Below, piece by piece: positions 29,548 through 38,702 of a stretch of 64,000 nt of DNA (positions are counted from its first letter, which is position 1; the number at the start of each line of letters is the position of its first letter). A model generated the notes under the pieces. It was not told where the DNA came from and ran no database searches. It saw nothing but the letters and a program-made list of their open reading frames with translations. The stretch is from a virus, in the IMG/VR virus record IMGVR_UViG_3300044961_000262, positions 1-64,000 of that record. One strand, written 5' to 3'. The translations under genes were made by a program, and so were the position numbers.

Positions 29548-29865
29548 TTAGAATAATTCTGCTTGAAGAGCTATTAGATTGTTATAATCTACTTCTGCAT
29601 TTTCCAAATTGTATTTTGCTGCCAAAATAACTGAAGAATTAAAATTTAAATCAGATTTAGCACGGTCTAATACTGCTTTAGCTAAACTTACAGCTTTTTT
29701 AGCTTGAAGAATATCGTGTTGAATTTGAATACGAGCTTCTTCTACTTTTTCAAGAACTAATTCTTGATTTTTAGTTTCGTTAGATTTTGAAAGAAGTGAT
29801 TGATACAAACACGTTTTTGTTGATTCAGTTTCTTCAGAAACTACTGTTTTTTTTGAAGTTGTCAT
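29548..29865 (-). CDS. Coiled-coil hypothetical protein
   Basis: Ala/Glu/Lys-rich helices. Confidence 0.65.
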   Translation of the reverse strand: MTTSKKTVVSEETESTKTCLYQSLLSKSNETKNQELVLEKVEEARIQIQHDILQAKKAVSLAKAVLDRAKSDLNFNSSVILAAKYNLENAEVDYNNLIALQAELF

Positions 29866-30068
29866 TGTTTTGATTTAACTTTAATTACTTGATAACCCGG
29901 TACTGTTCTTTTAAATCCACTTCGTACCGGTTCAAAAGTAGATCTTGTTGTTTGGTGAGAGATTGTTTTTTTTTGAATAATTTTTTCCTTATTATCTTTT
30001 TTAAAATTAAGTGTTATCGGAACTTTTTTCATTGCATCTTTGATGTCTTTTGCTATTTGCGATTTCAT
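29862..30068 (-). CDS. Basic hypothetical protein
   Basis: Overlaps the next start. Confidence 0.5.
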   Translation of the reverse strand: MKSQIAKDIKDAMKKVPITLNFKKDNKEKIIQKKTISHQTTRSTFEPVRSGFKRTVPGYQVIKVKSKQ

Positions 30069-30330
30069 TTTGATATAATAATAAAAATGTAATAAATAAA
30101 ATAAAAAATAATAACGATACTATCCATGCTATAATTTCTTTTAAATTTATATTAATATACACTAATAATAGTGCTATTATAAAAAATATTATAGAAATAG
30201 ATAAATAAAATAATTTTACCATTAAAATATTATATTTATTGCAAATGGACCAATGAAAATAAATAAAGTGTTTTCATCAAGATCAATAGCTGCTCCTAAA
30301 ACAAACATTGCTGCAATGTCTATTTTAACT

Positions 30331-30624
30331 TTAGGAATTAGATTTTTTTTGTTCATTTTGATTAAGAGTTACATGTTGTGGTTTAAATGCAGATAAATCT
30401 TCTATTTTTTTAGAAAGTTCTGTCATTTGTCCTGATTTAAGTGAAATAAAGTAAACATTTTTAGATTTGAAAAGTAGATAACCGTATTCTATTAATTTAT
30501 TAATTAAAACTTTAGATTCTTTACTGAAATTTTCAATATTTACGGTATTTCCGTAATTCATTTTAAGAAATTCAGCTGCGGATTTCATACTAGTCATTTT
30601 ACAAAAAGATTCTTCGTTTATCAT
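30331..30624 (-). CDS. Hypothetical protein
   Basis: Coupled to the upstream ORF. Confidence 0.55.
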   Translation of the reverse strand: MINEESFCKMTSMKSAAEFLKMNYGNTVNIENFSKESKVLINKLIEYGYLLFKSKNVYFISLKSGQMTELSKKIEDLSAFKPQHVTLNQNEQKKSNS

Positions 30625-30887
30625 AATGGTCTATGAATTATTTCTTTATTTATTAATTCTCCAGTATGCTTATCAATACATGTAATATATTGAATGTAGA
30701 ATTTGTACCCGTTACTTCTAGACTTTTTAATTCTAGTTTTAACGTGTGTAAATTTAGGATTAGAATTTTTTTCTTTCTTAGGTTTAACTATAGGTTTTTG
30801 TTCAACGTCTTCTATAACGCTAAGAGTTACTTTATAATCTCCATTTTGATTTTTTTTGGTAAGTAATCTATGAATTGTTTTTAACAT
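30621..30887 (-). CDS. Basic hypothetical protein
   Basis: ORF in early arm. Confidence 0.55.
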   Translation of the reverse strand: MLKTIHRLLTKKNQNGDYKVTLSVIEDVEQKPIVKPKKEKNSNPKFTHVKTRIKKSRSNGYKFYIQYITCIDKHTGELINKEIIHRPL

Positions 30888-31013
30888 AATTATGATATTA
30901 ATAAAATTTCGATAATATTTTTTTTTTGACGATCTAATTTTCTAATAACTGAAATTACAATATTGCATTTATCATCATTTGATAAAGTATTTTTATTCTA
31001 TCTAACTGTATTT

Positions 31014-31394
31014 TCATTTATATGTAACTAAAATTGTCCAACATTTAAATTCTTTAGAGTATTGTAAAAACAGTTTTCTTTCTTCATGTTCGTAAATATT
31101 TTTAGATACATATTTCCATCTAGTTTCTTCAATAATAGAAATTGCTTCATTTTCAGTTATATCTAAAGTAAATAAAATACCTATACAATAATTTTGTTTA
31201 CTCATATAATAAACATGAAGTACGGAGTTTTTAAATGTAGTTAAACACTTAGTTCCATCATCTAATTTAATTACTTCTACAGAATATCCGTTAGATTCTA
31301 GTTCTTTCCTAACTTCACTTGCGCTCATACCTAAGTCTTGAGCATTTAACAATCCTCCAAAGAGAATTGATACGATTAATAATAATTTTTTCAT
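31014..31394 (-). CDS. Secreted/periplasmic protein
   Basis: Sec signal peptide MKKLLLIVSILFGGLLNA-Q. Confidence 0.65.
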   Translation of the reverse strand: MKKLLLIVSILFGGLLNAQDLGMSASEVRKELESNGYSVEVIKLDDGTKCLTTFKNSVLHVYYMSKQNYCIGILFTLDITENEAISIIEETRWKYVSKNIYEHEERKLFLQYSKEFKCWTILVTYK

Positions 31395-31754
31395 GATTTA
31401 ATTTTTTAATTCTTGTAAAACAGCTACAATAACCAATGCCAATATTGCTAATACCGAAAATGATACTAATAATATTTCTTTAATTTTTCTTTTCATTTTT
31501 TATTTAAAGATTAATAATTTAAAAATAATAAACTTGACCCATCTATTGTGAGAAAATTGTCGAAACATTTTTCAGGGAAGCAGTAACAATATTTCTTAAA
31601 ATCCTATTTGTTTTAAAAAAGTATTATTAGCTGTTACAATAACTATACTCTTAATTATTTTGTAAGTAAAGCTTTGATAATGTAATTTTGCAATTTTGCA
31701 AAAATTAATAAACTCACCGGTTGTCATTTTTACATTTTCCATGTTTTTAATTGA

Positions 31755-31940
31755 TTAAAGGTAATAAATTTGATTTCTTTTTTTCTTTTTTTTAGTTTTA
31801 ATTAATACTACACTAATTATAGCTATTAAAGCAGTTAGATAACAAACTGATGATACGATTATTTCTGTTTTTAAAAAAAGTGGAACGAATCCAAAAAATA
31901 ATCCGCAGATTAAAATTAGTAGTTTTTCTTTTCTAGTCAT
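31755..31940 (-). CDS. Small two-TM membrane protein
   Basis: Two hydrophobic helices and a basic tail. Confidence 0.55.
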   Translation of the reverse strand: MTRKEKLLILICGLFFGFVPLFLKTEIIVSSVCYLTALIAIISVVLIKTKKKKKRNQIYYL

Positions 31941-32165
31941 ATTATTGTTGATTAAAATTAGGTTTTAGATTTCTTTATTTTTAATAAAAAGCAAGAGGTA
32001 GTTCTCTTGCTAGTTTGTAAATACTTTACATATTGTAATAGTATTTACATTTTTTAACACAAACACCATCAACATTTGCAACTGTTGATATATAAATTTA
32101 TTCTCCACTTACCTTTAAAAGTTTCGTAGTTTCTAAAACTATTTTATATTCGTATTTGTGTTGTA

Positions 32166-32484
32166 GTAAGTAAATAGCTGACAGTGCAGTTCATTTAAAC
32201 CAATTTGTCCTATTAATAAGGATGGTCACTTTTACTTACCAAAACCTAAAATCTACTTAGGTAAGGATAAAATTGTGTTGTCAAGTCATTAATTAAAAGG
32301 ATATACCAAGCATCATACTTAACTTGCTATTTGATACGTCAGCCGTTTAATTACTAATTCCTTTCGGAACAACACAATTTTAAATTGTTAGGTAAACTGT
32401 TTGTAGTCACGAATACTACCAGCTCAAGTATGTAGGGTTGAATACCTACTATGCCCAGTTAATTTTTTTCATCCTAACAATTTA
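32166..32484 (-). ncRNA. Candidate array of three stem-enclosed structured RNAs
   Basis: Perfect closing stems of 9, 13 and 12 bp (32166/32239, 32269/32381, 32381/32484) with internal hairpins. Confidence 0.5.
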
Positions 32485-32508
32485 TTACAACTCCTTAATT
32501 GTAATTTT

Positions 32509-32781
32509 TTATTCAATTTCACTAGCTTTTTCAACAGCCAATTCTAATTCATCTACTGTTTCTTTAAACCATTTTGAATATTTTAAAATTTCTTTAAAAT
32601 AATCATCATCTTTTAAAGATTTAATTTTTGTAATAGTACTTGCATAATCTATAGCGGGTATTTTTTGACCTATTTGTATTTCTTTAGGTTTATTTCCCGT
32701 TACTGCATTAACTATTTCTTTAATTTCATTTTCGGTAGCTTTAATTAAAAAGCCTTCATTTGTTTTTGCTATTACTTCCAT
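32509..32781 (-). CDS. Hypothetical protein
   Basis: ORF in early arm. Confidence 0.6.
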   Translation of the reverse strand: MEVIAKTNEGFLIKATENEIKEIVNAVTGNKPKEIQIGQKIPAIDYASTITKIKSLKDDDYFKEILKYSKWFKETVDELELAVEKASEIE

Positions 32782-32789
32782 AATTTTAA

Positions 32790-33284
32790 TTAGTTTTTAA
32801 ATATTTCTTTAATTTTTTTATTACTCACTGAATTAGACAAAGGTAACACATTTTTATCCGGTTTAATTTCTATCCATTGAGATTTTTCTAATCTGCTAAA
32901 TTCAGATAAACAATATCTTACAGCAGCTTCATTTATATCCCATTCAGGAAATACTTCATCTTTTTTTGGATTTATCCAACCATTTTGATTAGTATAATAT
33001 CCATATTTCCAACAATTGTGTGGTTTGATTGCTTCAAAAAAATCAGTAATAGTTCTTGCGTTACCTGTTAATGGTATTCTACTCATTTGACTAACTAATA
33101 AATAAGCTATTCTGTTTTTCTTTTGTTCTAAAGAATCACTTTCTAAACAACCTAAATAACCATCAGCTTGAATAAGTATTTCTAAATCATCCCAAATAGT
33201 TTTTCTTTTAGTAGATTTAGGATTGTATTTTTTATACCATCCTTTACTGTAAAGCACAATGTGTTGTAATGTGAATTTTTCCAT
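32790..33284 (-). CDS. Hypothetical protein
   Basis: ORF in early arm. Confidence 0.65.
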   Translation of the reverse strand: MEKFTLQHIVLYSKGWYKKYNPKSTKRKTIWDDLEILIQADGYLGCLESDSLEQKKNRIAYLLVSQMSRIPLTGNARTITDFFEAIKPHNCWKYGYYTNQNGWINPKKDEVFPEWDINEAAVRYCLSEFSRLEKSQWIEIKPDKNVLPLSNSVSNKKIKEIFKN

Positions 33285-33289
33285 AATTA

Positions 33290-34027
33290 TTATTTTAAAT
33301 TATTTTCGATCCATTCTTTTGGTATATTAACACTGTTATAATAACCATCTCTACCATAATATAAAGTGTCTTTTTCATATTGATAAATTAATTCAATAAC
33401 TTCATCTCTACTCCAACTCTCTTTTACACTTGAAATATTAATAGTGTTATCTGGATTTATTTTTAATCTTATATCAATAGTAGATTCACCATCAGATAAT
33501 CCATAATTACCAACTGCATATTCTTCATATTCAACCATTACATCAGTAATAATATTACCTTTGTTATATTCATAAATATAATAGGCAATAAATAATTGTG
33601 GTATTTGAGGTAACTTAAACAATTTTGGTAGTTTTATATTTTCTGATTTACTACCAAACATATTTGTATCAAAACTATCAATACCATAAATTGAATTCGT
33701 AGTTAAAGAACTATCAGTTGTAGCTATTACTTTTTTGCAAAAATCTTTTTGTGTTGCTAAACCATTTAAAGAATCCGCTAACCAAATATCATCACCTGTA
33801 ACATCATTATCATAAGAAGATTTTACTTGCATTATATTATCTTCATTATATAATACCCAATCTCCTTCTTTAATTTCATCATCAGATAAAATGTAAAGAT
33901 GTTGATTAGTCCATGTATTACTTGGTGAATTTTGATTTTGTAATCCTCCTATTTCAAAACTTGTGTCCAAACAAATATTACTTGATTTATCAGTAGGTAA
34001 CATAATTATTTTACAGTGTTTTTTCAT
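33290..34027 (-). CDS. Hypothetical phage protein
   Basis: QHLYILSDDEIKEGDW...CKKVIATTD...LPQIP pattern. Confidence 0.7.
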   Translation of the reverse strand: MKKHCKIIMLPTDKSSNICLDTSFEIGGLQNQNSPSNTWTNQHLYILSDDEIKEGDWVLYNEDNIMQVKSSYDNDVTGDDIWLADSLNGLATQKDFCKKVIATTDSSLTTNSIYGIDSFDTNMFGSKSENIKLPKLFKLPQIPQLFIAYYIYEYNKGNIITDVMVEYEEYAVGNYGLSDGESTIDIRLKINPDNTINISSVKESWSRDEVIELIYQYEKDTLYYGRDGYYNSVNIPKEWIENNLK

Positions 34028-34060
34028 AATTGTTTTTTTTTTGAGTTAATTAGTAAATTT

Positions 34061-34397
34061 TACCCATCTGCATTTATAGAGGCTTTGGACTCTCAATGAT
34101 TAATCATTGGCTGCATTAATAAATCAGTAAACAATGGCGCAATCTTCGTCAAGACCGCTTATTTTCATTGTTTACCTACCTGTTTGTAGATGGTTCTGCC
34201 ATCGCAACATTAACTTTCATTAAGGAGCTACCTTAATTACTCGAAGGTCTTCTTCAAGTTTACTCGTAGAGCTGTTTTCCTTGCGCTAGGTTTTACAGAT
34301 ACTTGGATTACATGAAAATGCCATGTAGCAGGAACAATTAAATCCATACCCTATTCCTACTTTAAGGTATTTAAGACGGTTTAACTCACCGACAGCT
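34061..34397 (-). ncRNA. Candidate structured RNA tract
   Basis: GC-richer non-coding stretch made of consecutive hairpins and multibranch units (10-bp stem 34127/34175; AGCTGT/ACAGCT 34270/34397). Confidence 0.45.
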
Positions 34398-34399
34398 TT

Positions 34400-34675
34400 T
34401 TAATAAATATCTATTTCACAAGCATCAAATCCACAACAATATTCTCCTAAATGCTCTTCACCACAATTAGGACAAGTTTGTGAATTATTAAAATCTTGTG
34501 CAATATCACCTTTCAGTTTAAATTTAGTTACAGACTTACTATTATTCTGTTGTAACTTTTGGATATTGCGTAATAGCATCTTAAAAGCATTTCTAACATG
34601 GTTATTATCCATATCATCAACATTTATAAGATTGCCATTACGCATTTTCCAATAGACAGGCGAATTATCCTTCAT
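34400..34675 (-). CDS. Hypothetical protein (WKMxxG family) with C-terminal Cys cluster
   Basis: YWKMRNG..INVDDMDNNHVRN; CPNCG...CC...C. Confidence 0.6.
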   Translation of the reverse strand: MKDNSPVYWKMRNGNLINVDDMDNNHVRNAFKMLLRNIQKLQQNNSKSVTKFKLKGDIAQDFNNSQTCPNCGEEHLGEYCCGFDACEIDIY

Positions 34676-34958
34676 AAGATTGATTTTTTAATGAATTTAA
34701 TTTAGATTCGTTTTTTAAATCAAGATATTTCTGATATTTAAGACAATCTAATTCATCAGTTAGTTCTGAAATTGCATAATTCCATTCTAAACGATATTGA
34801 TAATTATCTGAAACATCTTCAATATCTTCTAAAGATAATCTATTTTTACTTTTTAAATCTTTCAGTTCTTGCAATTCTTTTTCAACCTGTCTAATTCTTT
34901 CTTCTATATCAGAAGGAAAATAAGGTTGCATTTCATCGAAATACTTAGGCTTTTTCAT
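34665..34958 (-). CDS. Coiled-coil hypothetical protein
   Basis: ORF in early arm. Confidence 0.55.
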   Translation of the reverse strand: MKKPKYFDEMQPYFPSDIEERIRQVEKELQELKDLKSKNRLSLEDIEDVSDNYQYRLEWNYAISELTDELDCLKYQKYLDLKNESKLNSLKNQSYEG

Positions 34959-35277
34959 TTTGTTTATTATTTAAGTTTTACAACTAACTCTCAGCATAGT
35001 TGAACTCTGAATTTGAATAGTTTATTCTATTTTTCTGTTTCGATGCTCAATTACATCATCATCAGTATGAACAATAGTCCATAGACAGATATTATAAAAA
35101 TAACTCTCAACCATTAGGCTTTATGATTGAGAGTTATAGTTGCGAGTTCTCGCTGCAATTTACTGAGTTTACATGATCGTAGTTTTAAATTAACAAAATA
35201 AAGAAACAGTGTATCTATAAAGGTAGAGGTTAATTACTCCTTTTTTGGTTCACCTTGTGGATTTTTACCACAGTAGC

Positions 35278-35673
35278 CTACACTATTTCTTTAACAATAG
35301 GAGCAACATTCATATACCTAATTTTAGGTCTACGATTGTTATTCCTTGCTACAGCTTCAATTTCCTTATTACTAAGGTTATTATCGCCATAGCTTCTTTC
35401 TAATTCATACTGATATACATCTTCAAGATAGCCTTTTTCTTGTTGATTCATATAGTTAATGAATTTTTCAGCATCAGAATCACGAATTAGATATAGAAAT
35501 TTATTTTCTCCATCTTCTTCGTAAACTGTTCTTCCTTCATTTAATCCCCAAAATGAACACATAATATATGGAGGTTCATCATTAGGAAATGTATGTTTGT
35601 GGATAATAGTATATCCTTTTACTTTTTGTCCAACATACGGAAATAACAAAAAGAGTTCTCTTGATTTGTTCAT
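35278..35673 (-). CDS. Hypothetical protein
   Basis: ORF in early arm. Confidence 0.6.
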   Translation of the reverse strand: MNKSRELFLLFPYVGQKVKGYTIIHKHTFPNDEPPYIMCSFWGLNEGRTVYEEDGENKFLYLIRDSDAEKFINYMNQQEKGYLEDVYQYELERSYGDNNLSNKEIEAVARNNNRRPKIRYMNVAPIVKEIV

Positions 35674-35882
35674 TTTAATATTTTTTTTGAGTTTGAGCTA
35701 CCATTTATTTTAATTCTTTGGGAACATTAAGAATTTGTTTAAGTGTAAAAACAAAAAACCTTACTAAGTACGAAACTTTTCAGGTTTTATGACAAATCCG
35801 CGTGATTTGTTCAGACACGCTCATAATCAACAAGTTACATTGTTGAATTTAAAGTTTTACTTTAATTTTTATATTAAACCAG

Positions 35883-35979
35883 TTAGCAAGTTTAGCAAAT
35901 TTAGCAATATTAGTAAGTACGAATAGTTAGCAACATTATCTGAAGACAATGTGCTAACTATGCTAACAATGCTAAACAA
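35883..35979. repeat. Inverted array of 9-nt TTAGCA-core repeats
   Basis: TTAGCAAGT TTAGCAAAT TTAGCAATA TTAGTAAGT ... TTAGCAACA, then TGCTAACTA TGCTAACAA TGCTAAACA. Confidence 0.75.
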
Positions 35980-35989
35980 CCTATTGTCC

Positions 35990-36379
35990 TTACATTTGGA
36001 CAATAAGTTGTGTGCCGAATACAGAAGCGGCTTTCGCAAATTCAGTTGCTGAACCTGCACCGTCAAACGATTTGAATTCCATAGATTGTTTCAAACGTGT
36101 AACAGTTTCGCCTTTAAGAAACAACGGTTTACCGTCTTTTAACGTTTTAGAGTCGTTTTGGGCTATAAATTTGTCGCCAACTTCGTTGATAACGATAGAC
36201 ACGATACGTGCTCCATTATTTGAAGTGTCGCCATTAGCCCAAACGGTTCCGTTAGGTGTTTCGATAGCGGTTTTGCCCAATTTTTCGATAAAACGTTGGG
36301 CAATAATTGGTTGATTTTCAAATTTCATAATGATAGAATTAAAAGGTTGAAGAATAAGATACGGGTAACATCCCCGCAA
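35990..36379 (-). CDS. First gene of the leftward arm, hypothetical (probable start ~36328, MKFENQ)
   Basis: Open frame; visibly GC-richer than its neighbours. Confidence 0.6.
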   Translation of the reverse strand: MRGCYPYLILQPFNSIIMKFENQPIIAQRFIEKLGKTAIETPNGTVWANGDTSNNGARIVSIVINEVGDKFIAQNDSKTLKDGKPLFLKGETVTRLKQSMEFKSFDGAGSATEFAKAASVFGTQLIVQM

Positions 36380-36419
36380 AATTGGAGAGGGGGATCTTTG
36401 TATGACCTAGAACACATTC

Positions 36420-36650
36420 ACATATTTTTCTCAAAAAAAAAATTCCAAAAAAAAATTTTTAAAAAATAAGCATGTTCAAAACGCAAACATCTAACTCTCT
36501 GATAATCATTCAGAAACGTAACGAAAATTTGCTATATATATTCTCTATAATTTGACAAGATTTCTCTCTGAATATCAACAACTTAACACTTTCCTTTTTG
36601 AACATTGTTCATTTTATTAAATTTGTTCATATATTTGAACCGCAATAAAA
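36420..36650. promoter_or_regulatory. Divergent control region / candidate origin
   Basis: A/T tracts, repeated TGTTCA/TGAACA boxes, two CTCTCTGA-N-ATCA motifs, TAnnTTTG at 36618 and 36630. Confidence 0.5.
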
Positions 36651-36653
36651 CAA

Positions 36654-37184
36654 ATGAGTAAACAAGTACCAGATTCCATTAAACAAGCTAAATCTCCTTT
36701 TATTCAGGAGCTTAAAATACCTGTATTTAATAAACAGGTATCTGAAGATTTAGCCGTTATGGATAGATTAAGTGTTGAAAATGATGTAGTTATCTCTTTA
36801 GGAGCAACTCATACTATCAAAAGAGGATACGTTATTGAAAAGGATAGAAAAGTAAATCTTTATTATGAAAATGATGGTGAAGATCTTAGACCCGCATATT
36901 CTTCTTTATCTAAAGAAGGTAGAATGTTATTAGAGTATATACTATTATATTGTCTTAGGGAAAATAAATTGTACTGTTACATTGATTTTAAAGACTTTAT
37001 GGAAAAGTATAATGTGTTTTCTAGAACTACGGTGTGGTCATCTAAAAAAAATCTTATAGATCATATATTTATTGCTCCAACTTCTCATAACGGATGGTAT
37101 TGGATTAATCCTAAATATATGTTTAAAGGATATAGAACTAAGGTTTACGAATTACAAGATAACCTTAAAATTAAAGAAGTGTAA
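36654..37184 (+). CDS. RepL-like winged-helix protein
   Basis: C-terminal YWINPKYMFKG motif; RepL-like genes head the capsid module in crAss-like phages. Confidence 0.65.
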   Translation: MSKQVPDSIKQAKSPFIQELKIPVFNKQVSEDLAVMDRLSVENDVVISLGATHTIKRGYVIEKDRKVNLYYENDGEDLRPAYSSLSKEGRMLLEYILLYCLRENKLYCYIDFKDFMEKYNVFSRTTVWSSKKNLIDHIFIAPTSHNGWYWINPKYMFKGYRTKVYELQDNLKIKEV

Positions 37185-37202
37185 ATTATAATAAGAAAAA
37201 AT

Positions 37203-37613
37203 ATGAAAGAAAGAGAAAAATTAGCAGTAGACAAAGAAGGAAATTTAATTCCTACCGGTCAAAAACAAATATCAATTGATGACATTAATGAATTACAAGA
37301 ATGTAATTACGTTCCTTATGGACATGAAACACTATTACAAATGTTATCGACTAAAGAACAGGTAACTCAATCGGGTATTATTTTACCTAAAACTGAAAGA
37401 GGTGAAATTAAAGCGATTGTAGCTGCAACCAATGAACATTCTGGATTAACTAGAGGTCAAGTAGTTAGATTAGACGGAATGATGTTTGGACAAACGGGTG
37501 TTTGGATTGATTATATTGAAGGTAAACCTTTTACTCAGGTACCTAATCATTTCATTAAAGGAGTTTATCAAGGAATTAATTTAAGTAATTGGAAAAACAA
37601 TGAACATAACTGA
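37203..37613 (+). CDS. GroES-like co-chaperonin
   Basis: P.G...L....EQVTQSGIILP mobile-loop motif, G..V. Confidence 0.65.
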   Translation: MKEREKLAVDKEGNLIPTGQKQISIDDINELQECNYVPYGHETLLQMLSTKEQVTQSGIILPKTERGEIKAIVAATNEHSGLTRGQVVRLDGMMFGQTGVWIDYIEGKPFTQVPNHFIKGVYQGINLSNWKNNEHN

Positions 37614-37857
37614 AGAATCTAAAGAGTTTGAAACTCCTCAAGTAGAAAGTATTCAAGAAGCAATTGAAGCTCTTAAACAAACAGGTAATGTTTTTAAAAC
37701 AATTAATGTTGGAAATGAAGAAGTTAGATTGTTTCAATCTTATTCAAATCAAAGATTACCTGAAGAATCTTATTATGAATATAAAATTAGACAGTATATT
37801 ATGAAAGAAAGCCTTAAATCTCATAAACGCAATGGGTACTCTGGTAGTAACGTATGA
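37600..37857 (+). CDS. Hypothetical protein
   Basis: RLPEESYYEYKIR motif. Confidence 0.55.
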   Translation: MNITEESKEFETPQVESIQEAIEALKQTGNVFKTINVGNEEVRLFQSYSNQRLPEESYYEYKIRQYIMKESLKSHKRNGYSGSNV

Positions 37858-37986
37858 GTTTAATGAATTAAGTGAGTTATTAGTAGGTACAGAGAGATAT
37901 AAATCTTTGTACCGAACTAATAATTTAACTTTCAATTATCAAATGTTTATTGGTAATAATAAATTTATAAGTATTTTTGTACTGAA

Positions 37987-38241
37987 ATGAATCAAAGGAA
38001 TATACTATTTACAACAAACTATGCTGTATATTATGATAGTTGGGTTAAAGTTCCTTCTGAAGGAAGACCTAAAGGTTTTTTCGATACTTACACAAGAAAA
38101 GATTATACAATTAATGTTACTTCTGGCGAATTCTATCTATTATTAGAAATAATAGATTCTAAAAATAAAGTTGTTTTTAAAGGAACAGTTAGAACGATTC
38201 CGGATTACATAAAGTTAAAAAGAAAATTAAAATGGATTTAA
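37987..38241 (+). CDS. Hypothetical protein
   Basis: Preceded by TTG-N19-TATTTTTG promoter. Confidence 0.55.
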   Translation: MNQRNILFTTNYAVYYDSWVKVPSEGRPKGFFDTYTRKDYTINVTSGEFYLLLEIIDSKNKVVFKGTVRTIPDYIKLKRKLKWI

Positions 38242-38525
38242 AACAATTAAATAGTGAATTTGTTAAGTTAGCTCGTAAACATGAATTAACTGTAAGTCAA
38301 ATTAAATTAATTTATAATCACCAGTTTAAGCTTATTATGAATAAAATTCATGAAGATTTTGAAAAACCGATTAACGAAAGAGATTCTATTAAATTGAGAG
38401 GATTGGGTACTTTAAAATTTAATCCATATCTTGCGAAACGAATAACAGAAAAAAAAGATAATTATGAACAAAAAATTTTATTTAAAGGCTCTTCCGAAAA
38501 TGGAAACGGAGCTGAATCTAATTAA
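38232..38525 (+). CDS. IHF/HU-like DNA-binding protein
   Basis: Two helices followed by IKLRGLGTLKF. Confidence 0.65.
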   Translation: MDLKQLNSEFVKLARKHELTVSQIKLIYNHQFKLIMNKIHEDFEKPINERDSIKLRGLGTLKFNPYLAKRITEKKDNYEQKILFKGSSENGNGAESN

Positions 38526-38700
38526 AACAATGATTGATGTTTTAATTTATGAAAAGAATGTAGCGGAAAATCCTAACATTGAAGTAATTAACATTGCTCA
38601 AAATACTATGAGAGAAACCGTTTTAAATATTAAAAAGGTTTTGTCTAATCCTAGTAAATATGATAATAGATTAACTCCCGAAGACGATTTATTATCTTAA
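38464..38700 (+). CDS. Hypothetical protein
   Basis: Operon-packed ORF. Confidence 0.45.
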   Translation: MNKKFYLKALPKMETELNLIKTMIDVLIYEKNVAENPNIEVINIAQNTMRETVLNIKKVLSNPSKYDNRLTPEDDLLS

Positions 38701-38702
38701 TT

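Noticed and set aside
32319-32332. AAATAGCAAGTTAA (minus strand) resembling the SpCas9 sgRNA scaffold
   Set aside because: Short AT-rich match with no nexus or repeat context; likely chance
35598-35606. Perfect DnaA box (TTATCCACA on the minus strand)
   Set aside because: Single copy inside a coding sequence; no cluster
35883-35979. CRISPR or mini-array
   Set aside because: Repeats are 9 nt with no spacers; no cas genes
35869-36066. 65-aa ORF with LLNL repeats
   Set aside because: It is a translation of the 9-nt repeat array and overlaps another ORF
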